From assembly GCA_049512315.1 (NCBI GenBank), contig JBEKXF010000020.1, forward strand, positions 1-60,040: 60,040 bases of DNA. Direction: 5' to 3'. Shown piece by piece: positions 31,475 to 41,229 of this stretch. Origin of the DNA: Candidatus Aminicenantales bacterium. Lineage in GTDB: Bacteria > Acidobacteriota > Aminicenantia > Aminicenantales > Saccharicenantaceae. Each line of letters opens with the position of its first letter. Within the stretch, counting starts at the first letter, position 1. Under the pieces are notes generated by a model that saw nothing but the letters and a program-made list of their open reading frames with translations, had not been told where the DNA came from and did no database searches. The position numbers were made by a program, and so were the translations under genes.

Positions 31475-33618
31475 AACAGTTTCAGCAACGCCTGGAAGCT
31501 GGGGTGGCCGCGCAAAGGGTCCAGGTTGCTGTCGTGTTCGAACCAGCCGCGCTGGGTCAGCCCCCTGTCCACGGCCCTCTCGAGGACGTTGATCGCCATC
31601 TCAGTCTCGCCGGCGACCGAGAAGATGCAGCCGACGTTATAGAGGACCATGGGCTCGTCGGGCTCCTGGGCGATCGCGGCCCGGGCCCATTCGAGGCCCT
31701 TCTCCCGGTCGCCGAGGATGAGCAAGGCGTTGGCTCCCATATAGCGGGCCCGCGTATCGTCGGGGTGGAGCCGGAGGATTTCCTCCGCCTTTCGGAGGCC
31801 GCGGCGGCGGGCGGCCGTGGCCATCTCGGGCTGGCCGAGGTCGTCGTAGATCTGGGCGACGAGAGTCGGGGACTGGTAGTCTTCGGGACGGAGCGCCTCA
31901 GCCGCTTCGTACAGGCGGGCCGCCTTGGGTGAGTCTCCGCTGGCGAAAGAGTGCCGGGCGTAGAAGTAGCGGGCCTCGAACAGCCCGGGGTCGAGCCGAA
32001 GCGCCTTCTCGAAGGCCGCGACGGCCTCGTCGTTGCGGCTGGCGACGGACATGGCCACACCCCAGGACGCCTGGGCTTCGGCCAGATCCGGGTCGAGCTC
32101 GATGGCCTTCCGGCTGGCCGCCTCGGCCCGCTGGATATTTTCGGGGACGCGGGCCACGTAAAGATAAAAGAAACAGTAACAGTCGGCGACCCCGGCCCAG
32201 GCCCTGGCGTAGGACGGGTCGAGCTCGATGGCCCGCTGGAACATCTCGAGCGCCATCTCCACCCCCCGCCGCCGGTATTGATAGTAATATTTCCGGCCCC
32301 TGAGATACTGGTCGTAGGCCCGGACGTCGGAGGTCGAGGGCTGGCCGAGCGCCTCGTGCTCGCTCCGGCTGAGGCTGACGTTGAGCGCGTCGGCGATGCT
32401 GCGGGCGATCTCCTCCTGAATGGCGAAGATATCGGCGAACTTGCGGTCGAACGTCTCGGACCAAAGGGCGAAGCCGCTAGCCCCGTCCACGAGCTCCGCG
32501 GTGACCCGCAGGCGGTCGCCGGCCTTGCGGACGCTGCCCTCGAGCAAGGCCCGGACCCTGAGACGGCGGGCGATCTCCCGGCTGTCGAGGGCTGTGCCCC
32601 GGAACCGGAACGAGGACGTCCGCGAGGCCAGCCTGATCCCCGCGACCCGGGTCAGGGCGCCGATGATCTCGGCGGCGATCCCCTCGCAGAAATACTCCTG
32701 GTCCTTCTCCCGGCTGAGGTCGACGAAGGGAAGGACGGCCACCGAGGCATCGGAGGCTCTGGCCGTCGTCTCATCGAGCATCCGGAGGCTCGCCAGCTCG
32801 TTACGGAGCTCCAGAGTGCTGGCGAACCGGTCCTTCGGGTTTTTGGCCAGGCAGTTCTCGAGGATGCGGTCGAGCTCGGGAGGCAGCTCCGGCCGGCGGG
32901 CCGAAGGGGGCTCCGGCTCGTCCTTGAGGATGGAGGCCAGGAGCTCGGTCGTCGTGTCGCCGCCGAACGGACGGCCGCCCGTGGTCATCTCGTAGAGCAT
33001 GACCCCGAAGGAGAAGACGTCCGAGCTCCGGTCCACGGGCCGTCCCTGGGCCTGTTCGGGCGACATGTAGGGAAGCGTGCCCTCGACGAACCCGGGCCCG
33101 GCGATGGTCATGGTGTCGCCTCCTACAGGCCGGGAGACAGGGACCCGGACCTCCGCGATCCCGAAGTCGAGGATCTTGGGGCGCCCGTCAGCCATGACGA
33201 TGACGTTCCGCGGCTTGAGGTCCCGGTGGACGACCCCCCGGTCATGCGCGGCGGCGAGGGCGTCGGCCATCGGCACGGCCAGGTCCAGAAAGCGCTCGAG
33301 GGGGAGCCCCTTTTCGGGGATCAGGGCGTCGAGCGTGCGTCCGCGGACAAGCTCCATGGCCAAGAAATGCTGGTTTTCTGCTTCCTCGACGGCATAGACG
33401 GTGACGATATTGGGATGGTTGAGGGCGGCCAGGGCCCGCGCCTCCTGCTCGAGACGGGACAGGCCCTCGGGCGAGGCGGCGATCTGGTCGGCCAGGAGCT
33501 TGACTGCGACCTCACGGTTGAGGCGGGTATCGAGGGCCCGCCAGACGACCCCGCCGCCGCCCTGACCGATGAGCTCGATCAGGCGGTAATGGAGAAGGAG
33601 GTCGCCCGGCTGGATCAT
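31471..33618 (-). CDS. Ser/Thr protein kinase with TolB-like and TPR domains
   Basis: GQGGGG, VAVK, HRDLKPRN, DFG, YMSPEQ; SVAVLPFVDLS...EYFCEG domain; TPR repeats; no TM segment evident. Confidence 0.93.
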   Translation of the reverse strand: MIQPGDLLLHYRLIELIGQGGGGVVWRALDTRLNREVAVKLLADQIAASPEGLSRLEQEARALAALNHPNIVTVYAVEEAENQHFLAMELVRGRTLDALIPEKGLPLERFLDLAVPMADALAAAHDRGVVHRDLKPRNVIVMADGRPKILDFGIAEVRVPVSRPVGGDTMTIAGPGFVEGTLPYMSPEQAQGRPVDRSSDVFSFGVMLYEMTTGGRPFGGDTTTELLASILKDEPEPPSARRPELPPELDRILENCLAKNPKDRFASTLELRNELASLRMLDETTARASDASVAVLPFVDLSREKDQEYFCEGIAAEIIGALTRVAGIRLASRTSSFRFRGTALDSREIARRLRVRALLEGSVRKAGDRLRVTAELVDGASGFALWSETFDRKFADIFAIQEEIARSIADALNVSLSRSEHEALGQPSTSDVRAYDQYLRGRKYYYQYRRRGVEMALEMFQRAIELDPSYARAWAGVADCYCFFYLYVARVPENIQRAEAASRKAIELDPDLAEAQASWGVAMSVASRNDEAVAAFEKALRLDPGLFEARYFYARHSFASGDSPKAARLYEAAEALRPEDYQSPTLVAQIYDDLGQPEMATAARRRGLRKAEEILRLHPDDTRARYMGANALLILGDREKGLEWARAAIAQEPDEPMVLYNVGCIFSVAGETEMAINVLERAVDRGLTQRGWFEHDSNLDPLRGHPSFQALLKLL

Positions 33619-33727
33619 GGTAAGACTCCGCGCTTATTCTACCATCCGGGAGGCCCACACGCCAAGGGGAGAAGGGATGATGTTGAGCTATTTCCAAGGG
33701 ATTTGCCTGCCGACACCCCCGGAGGCC

Positions 33728-33756
33728 TTGACATCGGGTCACTCCGCGCCTATTAA
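33728..33756 (+). promoter_or_regulatory. Sigma70-type promoter of the TPR lipoprotein
   Basis: TTGACA-17nt-TATTAA. Confidence 0.55.
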
Positions 33757-33793
33757 TAATATTAAAGGATTGAAGGTTGGGCCGGAGAGAAAA

Positions 33794-34552
33794 ATGAGAT
33801 CAAAGCCATTAGCCGTCCTCGGATTCTGCTTGTTCCTGGGGTCCGCCTGCGCCAGCCGAGCGATTCCTCCCTCGCCGGTAGCGACGCCTGGAACGAGCTT
33901 CTTTGACTTTCACATGAAGCAGGGGCTTTCCTTCCTGGCCCAAGGTGACTACGGAAGGGCCGCCGATGAGCTTCGGGCGGCCGTGGAGAACAGCCCGGCT
34001 TCGTCCAAAGCCCATAATTACCTGGGGCTCTGCTATTTCCGTCAGAGGGCTTACGACCCGGCCCGGGAGCAGTTCGAAAAGGCGGTCGCCCTGGACTCGT
34101 CTTTTGCTACGGCCTACAATAACCTGGCCGGCGTTTATTCCGTCAAATCGCAGTTCGCCAAGGCCGAGGAGCTGTACAAAAAAGCCCTCTCCCTCTCGCC
34201 CGACATGATCTCCGCCAATTACAGCCTGGGCATCCTGCTCTTGAACCTCGGGCGGACCGAAGAAGGTGCCCCCTACCTTTCCCGGGGGATCGCCCTCGAC
34301 CCCGATTACCTGGACAAGTACAAAGAGCTTGTCACCACGTTCTCCTCCCTGTCCTTTGACATGAAGGAATCCTACTTCGCCTATGCCAAGGCCTACGCTT
34401 CCGCGGGGAATATCGAGAAGACCGTGGATTATCTGGAGAAGGCCCGGAAGGCCGGGTTTGGGGAGTGGCAGCGCATCCTCAGGGAAAAAGAATTCGAGAG
34501 AGTCCGGGACGACCCGAGGATCCAAAATTTCCTGAAGGATCAAATTTCCTAA
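33794..34552 (+). CDS. TPR-repeat lipoprotein
   Basis: MRSKPLAVLGFCLFLGSAC lipoprotein signal; TPRs AHNYLG, AYNNLA, ANYSLG. Confidence 0.88.
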   Translation: MRSKPLAVLGFCLFLGSACASRAIPPSPVATPGTSFFDFHMKQGLSFLAQGDYGRAADELRAAVENSPASSKAHNYLGLCYFRQRAYDPAREQFEKAVALDSSFATAYNNLAGVYSVKSQFAKAEELYKKALSLSPDMISANYSLGILLLNLGRTEEGAPYLSRGIALDPDYLDKYKELVTTFSSLSFDMKESYFAYAKAYASAGNIEKTVDYLEKARKAGFGEWQRILREKEFERVRDDPRIQNFLKDQIS

Positions 34553-34714
34553 CCGGGACCTTAAGGGTGTATTTTCCCGGCCTCAGGCCTTCGAAAAGGA
34601 AAAGCCCCTTTTCGTCCATGACCTGCAGATGGATTTCGTCTCCCGCGCGTTGACTTGCCTTTCGGCTCTGTATTATGATGCTTCTTGAGAGTCACGGGAT
34701 AGGGGAGGTGAGCG

Positions 34715-35371
34715 ATGACTCGTCCAAAAGTCGCTTGGAAGTCCCTTCGGCGTGCGGCGGATGTCCTGCTTACCCTTGTTTTTCTGGCTTCGTGCGGGGT
34801 CAACATGATGCCGACCGGAGACGTCTGGTATACCCAGCACTACTACATCATGCAGGATTTCGAAAGGACCGTCTATCGGACGCTGTCCGAGGCTGGGAAA
34901 AAAGAGTTCCACGACCTCTTCTGGGCCACCAGGGATCCCGCTTCCAGGACGATATTCCAGGAAAGGCTGAGCTACACCATGAACGCCTATAAGAGGGAGA
35001 ATTCCGGCCAGCCTTGGAACACCGACCGGGGCAGGATTTACCTCCTCAACGGGCCCCCGGCGGCCATCGACGTCGATCAGAACATAAGTTGGGGCACACA
35101 GATCGGTCAGCCGGCCAACTACGCGGTCGACCGCAGCAATGAGGACGTCCAGGCCTACCGGGCCGAGGTCTGGACGTATTCCATCCAAAAACAGTACGTC
35201 AAGTATGCATTTATTTTTGTCGCGCCCAACGAATGGAAGTTGTCGCCCGCCCTCGTCGCAGGCAGTAAGTACATCGGTGAGCTCGAAAATTACGGCAAAA
35301 TGGTAACTTTCGGAATCCGCAACCCGGAAACGTACAAACAGGACCTGGAAGCGCTCGAAAAGAAGAAATAG
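34715..35371 (+). CDS. GWxTD-domain lipoprotein (compact PWNTD variant)
   Basis: Lipobox LASC; FWATRDP...QPWNTDRGRIYLLNGPP...EVWTY; RBS GGGGAGG. Confidence 0.82.
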   Translation: MTRPKVAWKSLRRAADVLLTLVFLASCGVNMMPTGDVWYTQHYYIMQDFERTVYRTLSEAGKKEFHDLFWATRDPASRTIFQERLSYTMNAYKRENSGQPWNTDRGRIYLLNGPPAAIDVDQNISWGTQIGQPANYAVDRSNEDVQAYRAEVWTYSIQKQYVKYAFIFVAPNEWKLSPALVAGSKYIGELENYGKMVTFGIRNPETYKQDLEALEKKK

Positions 35372-35454
35372 GCGCAGCCCGTTTCTAGTGCCCTTTCTCC
35401 TCTTGCCGAGCCGGCTGGTCCGTTTTCCCCGGGAAGCGTTCATAGAAGAGGCTG

Positions 35455-35493
35455 AAAAAGAAAAACCCGCCCCGGCCGGAGCCGGGGCGGGTT
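35455..35493 (-). terminator. Intrinsic terminator of the TonB-dependent receptor gene
   Basis: Perfect 13-bp stem AACCCGCCCCGGC-CGGA-GCCGGGGCGGGTT with an A-run on its left (U-tail on the minus strand). Confidence 0.85.
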
Positions 35494-35519
35494 CGTGCCG
35501 TCGCTAGAACTGGATCAGG

Positions 35520-38500
35520 TCAGAACGAGAATTTCACTCCCAGACGAGCTTGGATCGGGGCGAAGAAGGCGCTGGCCTTCATGAACGTGCCGTCCAATGG
35601 GCTGTCAGCAGGAGGCTCCCACGTTTTGGTCAGGAGAGTGGCGTCGCCGGGGAAGACGTCGGTCCTGTACACGTTGGTGTTGATGTACGTGGCGGTTTGG
35701 ACGTTGAAGATGTTGCTCAGGTTGACGCTGAACGCGACGGAGTACCGGCCGCCCAGCCGCAAGTTATACTCGACATAGGCATCCGCGTAGTACAGGAAGG
35801 GGGTCCGGCCCAGGTCGCCGCGGTTGAAAGGGTAGTAGCCGGGGCCACTGACGTTCCAGGACGTGCTCAGCGGTGTCCCCGACATGGCCTGCATGACCGT
35901 GCCGACGGTCAAGCCCATGGGGAAGACATAGCTGCCATAGAGTTTGAACACAAGCGGCCGGTCGGTCGCGAGCGGGCCGTCAATCGCGTTCATGTTTTTG
36001 TCCCACTGGAACTGCCACAGGTCGAAGGACCGCTCAGCGTTCGGGTTGTCGCGGCCATTTTCGTCGGAGCTGGCCAGGCCGGAATAGTTGCCTCTCAGGC
36101 TGCTCCATGTCGCCGAAAAGCCCAGGAGCCAGTTGTTGGCCAGCCGCTTGTCGAAGCCGAGGTTCACGGCCCAGTAATCGCGCTTGGCCTTGGGCGCATA
36201 GGGCACTCCCTCGGGCATCAGACCGGCGGCTTTGGCCTCGTCATACTTCTCGTTAATGAAGGGGGAGCCGATCCAGGTGTAATAGTATGATTCACCGATG
36301 TCTGGAAGAACAACGCCCTGGTCATCGATGGCGTAGAGGACCGACTTGTTCACGACGCGAAGGTTGACCGAGAAGTTCTCGAAAATCTTCTTGTCGATGC
36401 CGAAGGCGATTTCCCGCTGGGTAAAGGGTTTAATGTTGGGGTCGACCTGGTTGAAGGACGGGGCCCGGAAATCGAGGGTCGTCAGATGCGTCCCTGGGTA
36501 ATTGCCGTTGACCCCGATCGTGGTGAAATCGTAGGTGTCGAGGGTGTAATAGGCGCTTTTCCACTTGAAGCCGCCGAAGGCGGCGGACGCTATGTAGAGC
36601 TTCATGACGTCCTGGTAGATGGCGAAGGAGCCGTAGATCTTGAGGCTCGAGTCGCCGTTGACATCATAGACAAAGCCCAACCGGGGTGAGATCTTCTTCT
36701 TGAAGGGGAAGTTGATGCCCTTGAGATTGGCGTACAGCGGATCCTGGCTGTAGCTCGGGATGTACTCGGACTCGGTGCGGACGCCGGCATTGATCGTCAG
36801 CTTGCGGGCGATTGTCCAGCTGTCCTGGAGGTAAAAGGCCCACTGGTTGCTGAACGCGTCATAGACAGAGCCGTAGGGGCCGGAGTCTGCGTTTCCCCGG
36901 ACGCCGTACCAGCCATACGTGCCGGTGTTGTATGAGGTGCCGTAAATGCTGAACGTCGGATGAAGGGCAGGGTCGAGCCAGGCGAGGTAAACAATGGGTG
37001 CTTGGGCCCCCTGGTTGACGTTTTCGCCCTGGCGGATGAACTGACCGCCGATCTTGAAGGCGTGTTCGCCGCCGAGGCTCGCGAAGTATGTCAGGTCGAG
37101 GTTGAAGTTATACTTCGTCCGGATGGTCTTTGAGATGCCCATGACGTTTGCGCGGGGAAAGTCCGCCCAGCCCGAGGCGTGCTGGAGATCCGCGGGGATG
37201 TCCGGAAATATCTCGTTAGTAGTTGAGGCATAGCTGAAGGGCTGTTCCATAAAGAAACCGTAGTACGGAGTCGTTGTAGCGCTGGGCTCCTGGCCGTTCT
37301 GATTTGTCCTCCACCAACCGGCGCGGGCGCTGACCATGAGGTTGCTGCTGACGATCCAGTCGGCGTTGCCGCTGGCGCTCATGTTCGGGTAGTTGAACTG
37401 GTAGGCGTCATAGTTCAGCGTCGGGCTCGCGCTCCAGGCACTGGGGAGGCCGTTAGCGCTGCCGCGCACCATCGCCTCGTTGTTGATGATGCTGCCGCTC
37501 ACGCGGAGGTTCTGGAAGGGTTGGGCCGAGATCTTGGCCTGGCCGTTCCAGTTCACCTGATGTTGATAGACATCCCTGTTGAGGCTGGAGCTGAGGCCCT
37601 GGACGGTGTAGTCCATATACCGGGTGGTCGTATTATAGTTGGGCATGGCCGAAAGGAAGAACCAGACCCGGTCTTTGATGATGTAGCCGCCCAAGTTGAG
37701 CCCGCCTTCGATATTGTGCCACTGCTGTTTGCCGACGTACGTGCTATACGGGTAGTAGACGACCGTCTGGTCAAAAGACGAAGTGTCGAACTTGTTGTAA
37801 TCGAGGATATCGGGGCGCCGGCCCGTCAGTGCTTCGTCGTTGTAATAGCCCAGGACCTCGCCGTGATACGCGTTCCCACCCGACCGGCTGAGGACATTGA
37901 TCACGCCGCCCAGGGAGCCGCCGTACTCGGCGTTGTAGCCCGACGATTTGAAGTTGACCTCTTCGACGAAGTCGTAGTTGACCCCCTGGCCGCTCGTGCC
38001 GAAGATCAAGTTGGTCGTGCTGATGCCGTCGACATACCACATGTTCTCGGCACCGGAGGCGCCGTCGACGGAGGTGCCGGCGAGCATGGGCTCGTTGGTC
38101 ACGCCGGGCACCGTGACCAGCAAGGAGTCAAAGTTTCTGCCCTTGGGCAAGACATCGAAAACCTGCCTGTTCATCACCGCGCCCCGGGCCGTGCTCTTGA
38201 CGTCGATGAGCGGCGACTGGCCGACGACCGTAACCTGCTCGGCGATCGCGCTCGCAGTCAAGGTGACGTCAATGGTCAAGGTCCCTTCGGCTTGGAGGAT
38301 GATGTCCGTCCGGAGGAGCGGCTTGAAGCCGGCTAAGGTGTACTCGATAGTATAGGTCCCTGGCGGAATGGCAAGCAGCCGGTAGCTGCCCTGAGCATTT
38401 GTCACTGCGGTGGCCTCGCCGACCAGGCGCGGCCCTTTCGCCGTGATGGAGACGCCGGGCAGCGGCCCCCCTTGATCGTCTACAACTTTGCCGAAGATTT

Positions 38501-38585
38501 GCCCCGTGGCCCGCTGGGCCGAAAGCGTGCCCGCGAGAAGCAGCGCGCTTATGGCCAGCAGAAAAACGGGTCGCAATTTCTTCAT
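35520..38585 (-). CDS. TonB-dependent receptor, Oar-like, with an N-terminal carboxypeptidase-regulatory-like domain
   Basis: Signal peptide, GKVVDDQGGPLPGVSIT, plug motif NAEYGGSLGGVINV, YLQDSW, SPRLGFVYD, C-terminal Phe (RLGVKFSF). Confidence 0.92.
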   Translation of the reverse strand: MKKLRPVFLLAISALLLAGTLSAQRATGQIFGKVVDDQGGPLPGVSITAKGPRLVGEATAVTNAQGSYRLLAIPPGTYTIEYTLAGFKPLLRTDIILQAEGTLTIDVTLTASAIAEQVTVVGQSPLIDVKSTARGAVMNRQVFDVLPKGRNFDSLLVTVPGVTNEPMLAGTSVDGASGAENMWYVDGISTTNLIFGTSGQGVNYDFVEEVNFKSSGYNAEYGGSLGGVINVLSRSGGNAYHGEVLGYYNDEALTGRRPDILDYNKFDTSSFDQTVVYYPYSTYVGKQQWHNIEGGLNLGGYIIKDRVWFFLSAMPNYNTTTRYMDYTVQGLSSSLNRDVYQHQVNWNGQAKISAQPFQNLRVSGSIINNEAMVRGSANGLPSAWSASPTLNYDAYQFNYPNMSASGNADWIVSSNLMVSARAGWWRTNQNGQEPSATTTPYYGFFMEQPFSYASTTNEIFPDIPADLQHASGWADFPRANVMGISKTIRTKYNFNLDLTYFASLGGEHAFKIGGQFIRQGENVNQGAQAPIVYLAWLDPALHPTFSIYGTSYNTGTYGWYGVRGNADSGPYGSVYDAFSNQWAFYLQDSWTIARKLTINAGVRTESEYIPSYSQDPLYANLKGINFPFKKKISPRLGFVYDVNGDSSLKIYGSFAIYQDVMKLYIASAAFGGFKWKSAYYTLDTYDFTTIGVNGNYPGTHLTTLDFRAPSFNQVDPNIKPFTQREIAFGIDKKIFENFSVNLRVVNKSVLYAIDDQGVVLPDIGESYYYTWIGSPFINEKYDEAKAAGLMPEGVPYAPKAKRDYWAVNLGFDKRLANNWLLGFSATWSSLRGNYSGLASSDENGRDNPNAERSFDLWQFQWDKNMNAIDGPLATDRPLVFKLYGSYVFPMGLTVGTVMQAMSGTPLSTSWNVSGPGYYPFNRGDLGRTPFLYYADAYVEYNLRLGGRYSVAFSVNLSNIFNVQTATYINTNVYRTDVFPGDATLLTKTWEPPADSPLDGTFMKASAFFAPIQARLGVKFSF

Positions 38586-38770
38586 AAAACTTCTCCTTTT
38601 TTCCCTATCCTTCTTTCCGAGGATGATTGGGATTTCTCAATACTTCCCTGAGAGCCCCCCATCCGTTCCCCCTGGGCAACGGGACGGGCGCGCTCTCCAT
38701 TCCAAGAGCCCGATAATAAATCATCAAGTCATTCGGCCTCCTCGTTCAGATTTCCTTACCCTTTTTAACT

Positions 38771-38787
38771 AGCAAAAAACGTGCCAA
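38771..38787 (-). promoter_or_regulatory. Sigma54 (-24/-12) promoter of the TonB-dependent receptor
   Basis: Minus strand reads TTGGCACGTTTTTTGCT, a full match to TGGCACG-N4-TTGCW, about 185 nt upstream of ATG 38585. Confidence 0.85.
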
Positions 38788-38912
38788 TGCGTACGATCGC
38801 CAGAGGGAGGGGAAATCCCGGAGGTCCCCGCCTGATTAACAGGGCGTAGGCCACATAAATTCGCCTCGCAGGGTCTTTTTTTTTAGGCTGAAAGTTGCGT
38901 CCCATTCATTCG

Positions 38913-38942
38913 TTTGGATTCAAATCCATTAATTTGGATTCA
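38913..38942. promoter_or_regulatory. Candidate enhancer (bEBP upstream activating sequence)
   Basis: TTTGGATTCA repeated at 20-bp spacing, with nested palindromes TGGATT-CA-AATCCA and AATCCA-TTAATT-TGGATT. Confidence 0.55.
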
Positions 38943-39129
38943 GGTGCCGCCACCCGCCGCTGCCGCCATCCGAGCATTCCGAGGTTTTATTGAGCCGATT
39001 ATATTGGGCAAAATCACCGTCTCTGTGGCAGGTGGCCACTCGCGCGCGGCAACGAGTGGGAGGCGGACTGCGTTCATGAAGATAGAGTTGATATTGGAAT
39101 GCCTTCGAATATGATACAATGAGAGCATC

Positions 39130-41229
39130 ATGAAGCGTCTGATTATTCTCGTCATTGGGCTTCTGCTCGTGTTATCCCTTGCCCTCTTCCTGCCAGGACC
39201 GGCCGCGGCCCAAGCCAAGAAGAAATCGTCCAAGGATCTTCCGCCGCAGTTCCGCAAGTGGCTCGAGGAGGAGGTCGTCTACATCATCACGCCGAAGGAG
39301 CGCGAAGTTTTCCTCCAGCTCGACAGCGATCGCGAGCGCGATATCTTCATCAATGCGTTCTGGAAGCAGCGCGATCCCACGCCCGATACGGACAAGAACG
39401 AGTTCCGTGAGGAGCATTATCGCCGCATCGCTTACGCCAACCAATGGTTCGGAAGGAGCTCCCCCGGTCCCGGATGGCGGACCGACATGGGCCGCATCTA
39501 CATCATCCTCGGAGAACCCAAGACGATCGACCGTTTCGAGAACCTGGCTCAGGTCTTCCCGACGATCATCTGGTTTTACGAGGGCCTGGGCTCTCTCGGC
39601 CTTCCCAGTTCTTTCAACGTCGTCTTTTTCAAGCAGGAAGGAACGGGGGGCTACGTCCTTTACAGCCCGATGAAGGACGGGCCACAGAAGCTCCTCAATA
39701 ACTACATGGGCGATATGACGGATTACGAGAGCGCCTACCTCCAGATGATGGACATCGAGCCGGCGATCGCCTACGTCTCGCTGTCCCTCATCCCCGGCGA
39801 AAGCCTGATTGCGCCCCGGCCGACGATGTCCTCGGATATCCTCCTCGGGAGCCGCATCCCGTCCGCCCCGTTCGAGAACGTCAAGGACGAGTACGCCGAA
39901 AAGCTCCTGCGGTACAAGGACGTCATCGAAGTCGACTATACGGCCAACTACATCGACAACGACGCCCTCATCCGGGTTTATCAGGACCCCGGAGGGTTCG
40001 CCTTCGTCCATTACCTCATCGAGCCCAAGCGCCTGACGTTCGCGCCCGTCGGGGACCGCTATCATGCGGACCTTGAGGCGGACGTCTCCGTGAAAGACCC
40101 GCAGGGCGGCGTCGTCTACCAGTTCGAAAGGTCCGTCCCTTTCGACATGACGGAGTCGCAGCTTGCAGCGATCCGTGGCAAGCTCTTCAGCTTCCAGGAC
40201 CTCTTCCCGCTCGTCCCCGGCTCCTACAAAATCAGCATCCTTCTCAAAAACCGCGTTTCGCGGGAGTTCACGTCCACCGAGGCCAGCTTGTTCGTCCCGG
40301 CGCCCGGAGCGTTCAGTCTCTACGCGCCGGTTCTCGCGAACAGGGCCGACACGGCCTCCCGGTTCCGCGGGCAGACCAAGCCCTTCCTTTTCGGCGGCCT
40401 TCAGCTGACACCTTCGCCGCGCAACGACTTCCTCCCCGGTGAAACACTCTACGCGTTCTTCCAGCTCCAGAACGCACCCGGGGATGTCCGGAACGGCGGC
40501 GTCGTCGAGTATGCAATCCTTAAGGAAACTGAAAAGGGGCCCGAGACTGTGTACGCGGTCACGAAAACCCTCGCCGAATACCCGGACCGGACGAACATAT
40601 TCGAGGAATTCTCCCTGGCGAACTATCCGGCCGCCTATTACATCCTCCGCATCTCCGTCCAGAACGCCGCCCATACCCAGCGTATCGCCGCGGAAGAGCG
40701 CTTTCTGGTCACGCCCCTTCCCGGGCTCATGCGGCCTTGGGTAGGGTGGCCCCCGCTGGCGCTGGCGCCGTCGAACGCGCCCCAGTTCCTCCACATCGTC
40801 GGGCTTCAGTACATGAACAAGAAGGACCTCGCCGAGTCGCGGCCCCTTCTCGAGGCGGCCGTCCGGAGCGACCCGAATTCGGCCTCCTTCGCCCTCGATT
40901 ACGCGCGGCTCCTTCTCGAACTCAAGGAGTATGCCGGAGTGAAGGCCGCCGCCCAGCCCTTCCTCGCCGACGAGCGGAAGTGGGAATTCCTCGAACCCGC
41001 GGGCCGGGCTTGTCAGGCCCTTGGCGAGCACGCGGAGGCGATTGCTTATTACAAGGATTACCTGGCCCATTTCGGGGCCAACCTGAATGTCCTCAACGCC
41101 GTCGGGGAGTGCTATAGCCAGGCGGGGGACACCGCGGAAGCTCTCGCCGCCTGGGAGCAATCGCTCCGGATCGAACCGAATCAGCCAAAGCTCAAGGAGA
41201 GGGTCCAAGAGCTCAAGCAAAAAAAATGA
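39130..41229 (+). CDS. Large exported GWxTD-domain protein with C-terminal TPRs
   Basis: Signal peptide; KWLEEEVVYIIT, FWKQRDPTP, NEFREEHYRRIAYAN, GWRTDMGRIYIILGEP; TPR tail. Confidence 0.92.
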   Translation: MKRLIILVIGLLLVLSLALFLPGPAAAQAKKKSSKDLPPQFRKWLEEEVVYIITPKEREVFLQLDSDRERDIFINAFWKQRDPTPDTDKNEFREEHYRRIAYANQWFGRSSPGPGWRTDMGRIYIILGEPKTIDRFENLAQVFPTIIWFYEGLGSLGLPSSFNVVFFKQEGTGGYVLYSPMKDGPQKLLNNYMGDMTDYESAYLQMMDIEPAIAYVSLSLIPGESLIAPRPTMSSDILLGSRIPSAPFENVKDEYAEKLLRYKDVIEVDYTANYIDNDALIRVYQDPGGFAFVHYLIEPKRLTFAPVGDRYHADLEADVSVKDPQGGVVYQFERSVPFDMTESQLAAIRGKLFSFQDLFPLVPGSYKISILLKNRVSREFTSTEASLFVPAPGAFSLYAPVLANRADTASRFRGQTKPFLFGGLQLTPSPRNDFLPGETLYAFFQLQNAPGDVRNGGVVEYAILKETEKGPETVYAVTKTLAEYPDRTNIFEEFSLANYPAAYYILRISVQNAAHTQRIAAEERFLVTPLPGLMRPWVGWPPLALAPSNAPQFLHIVGLQYMNKKDLAESRPLLEAAVRSDPNSASFALDYARLLLELKEYAGVKAAAQPFLADERKWEFLEPAGRACQALGEHAEAIAYYKDYLAHFGANLNVLNAVGECYSQAGDTAEALAAWEQSLRIEPNQPKLKERVQELKQKK

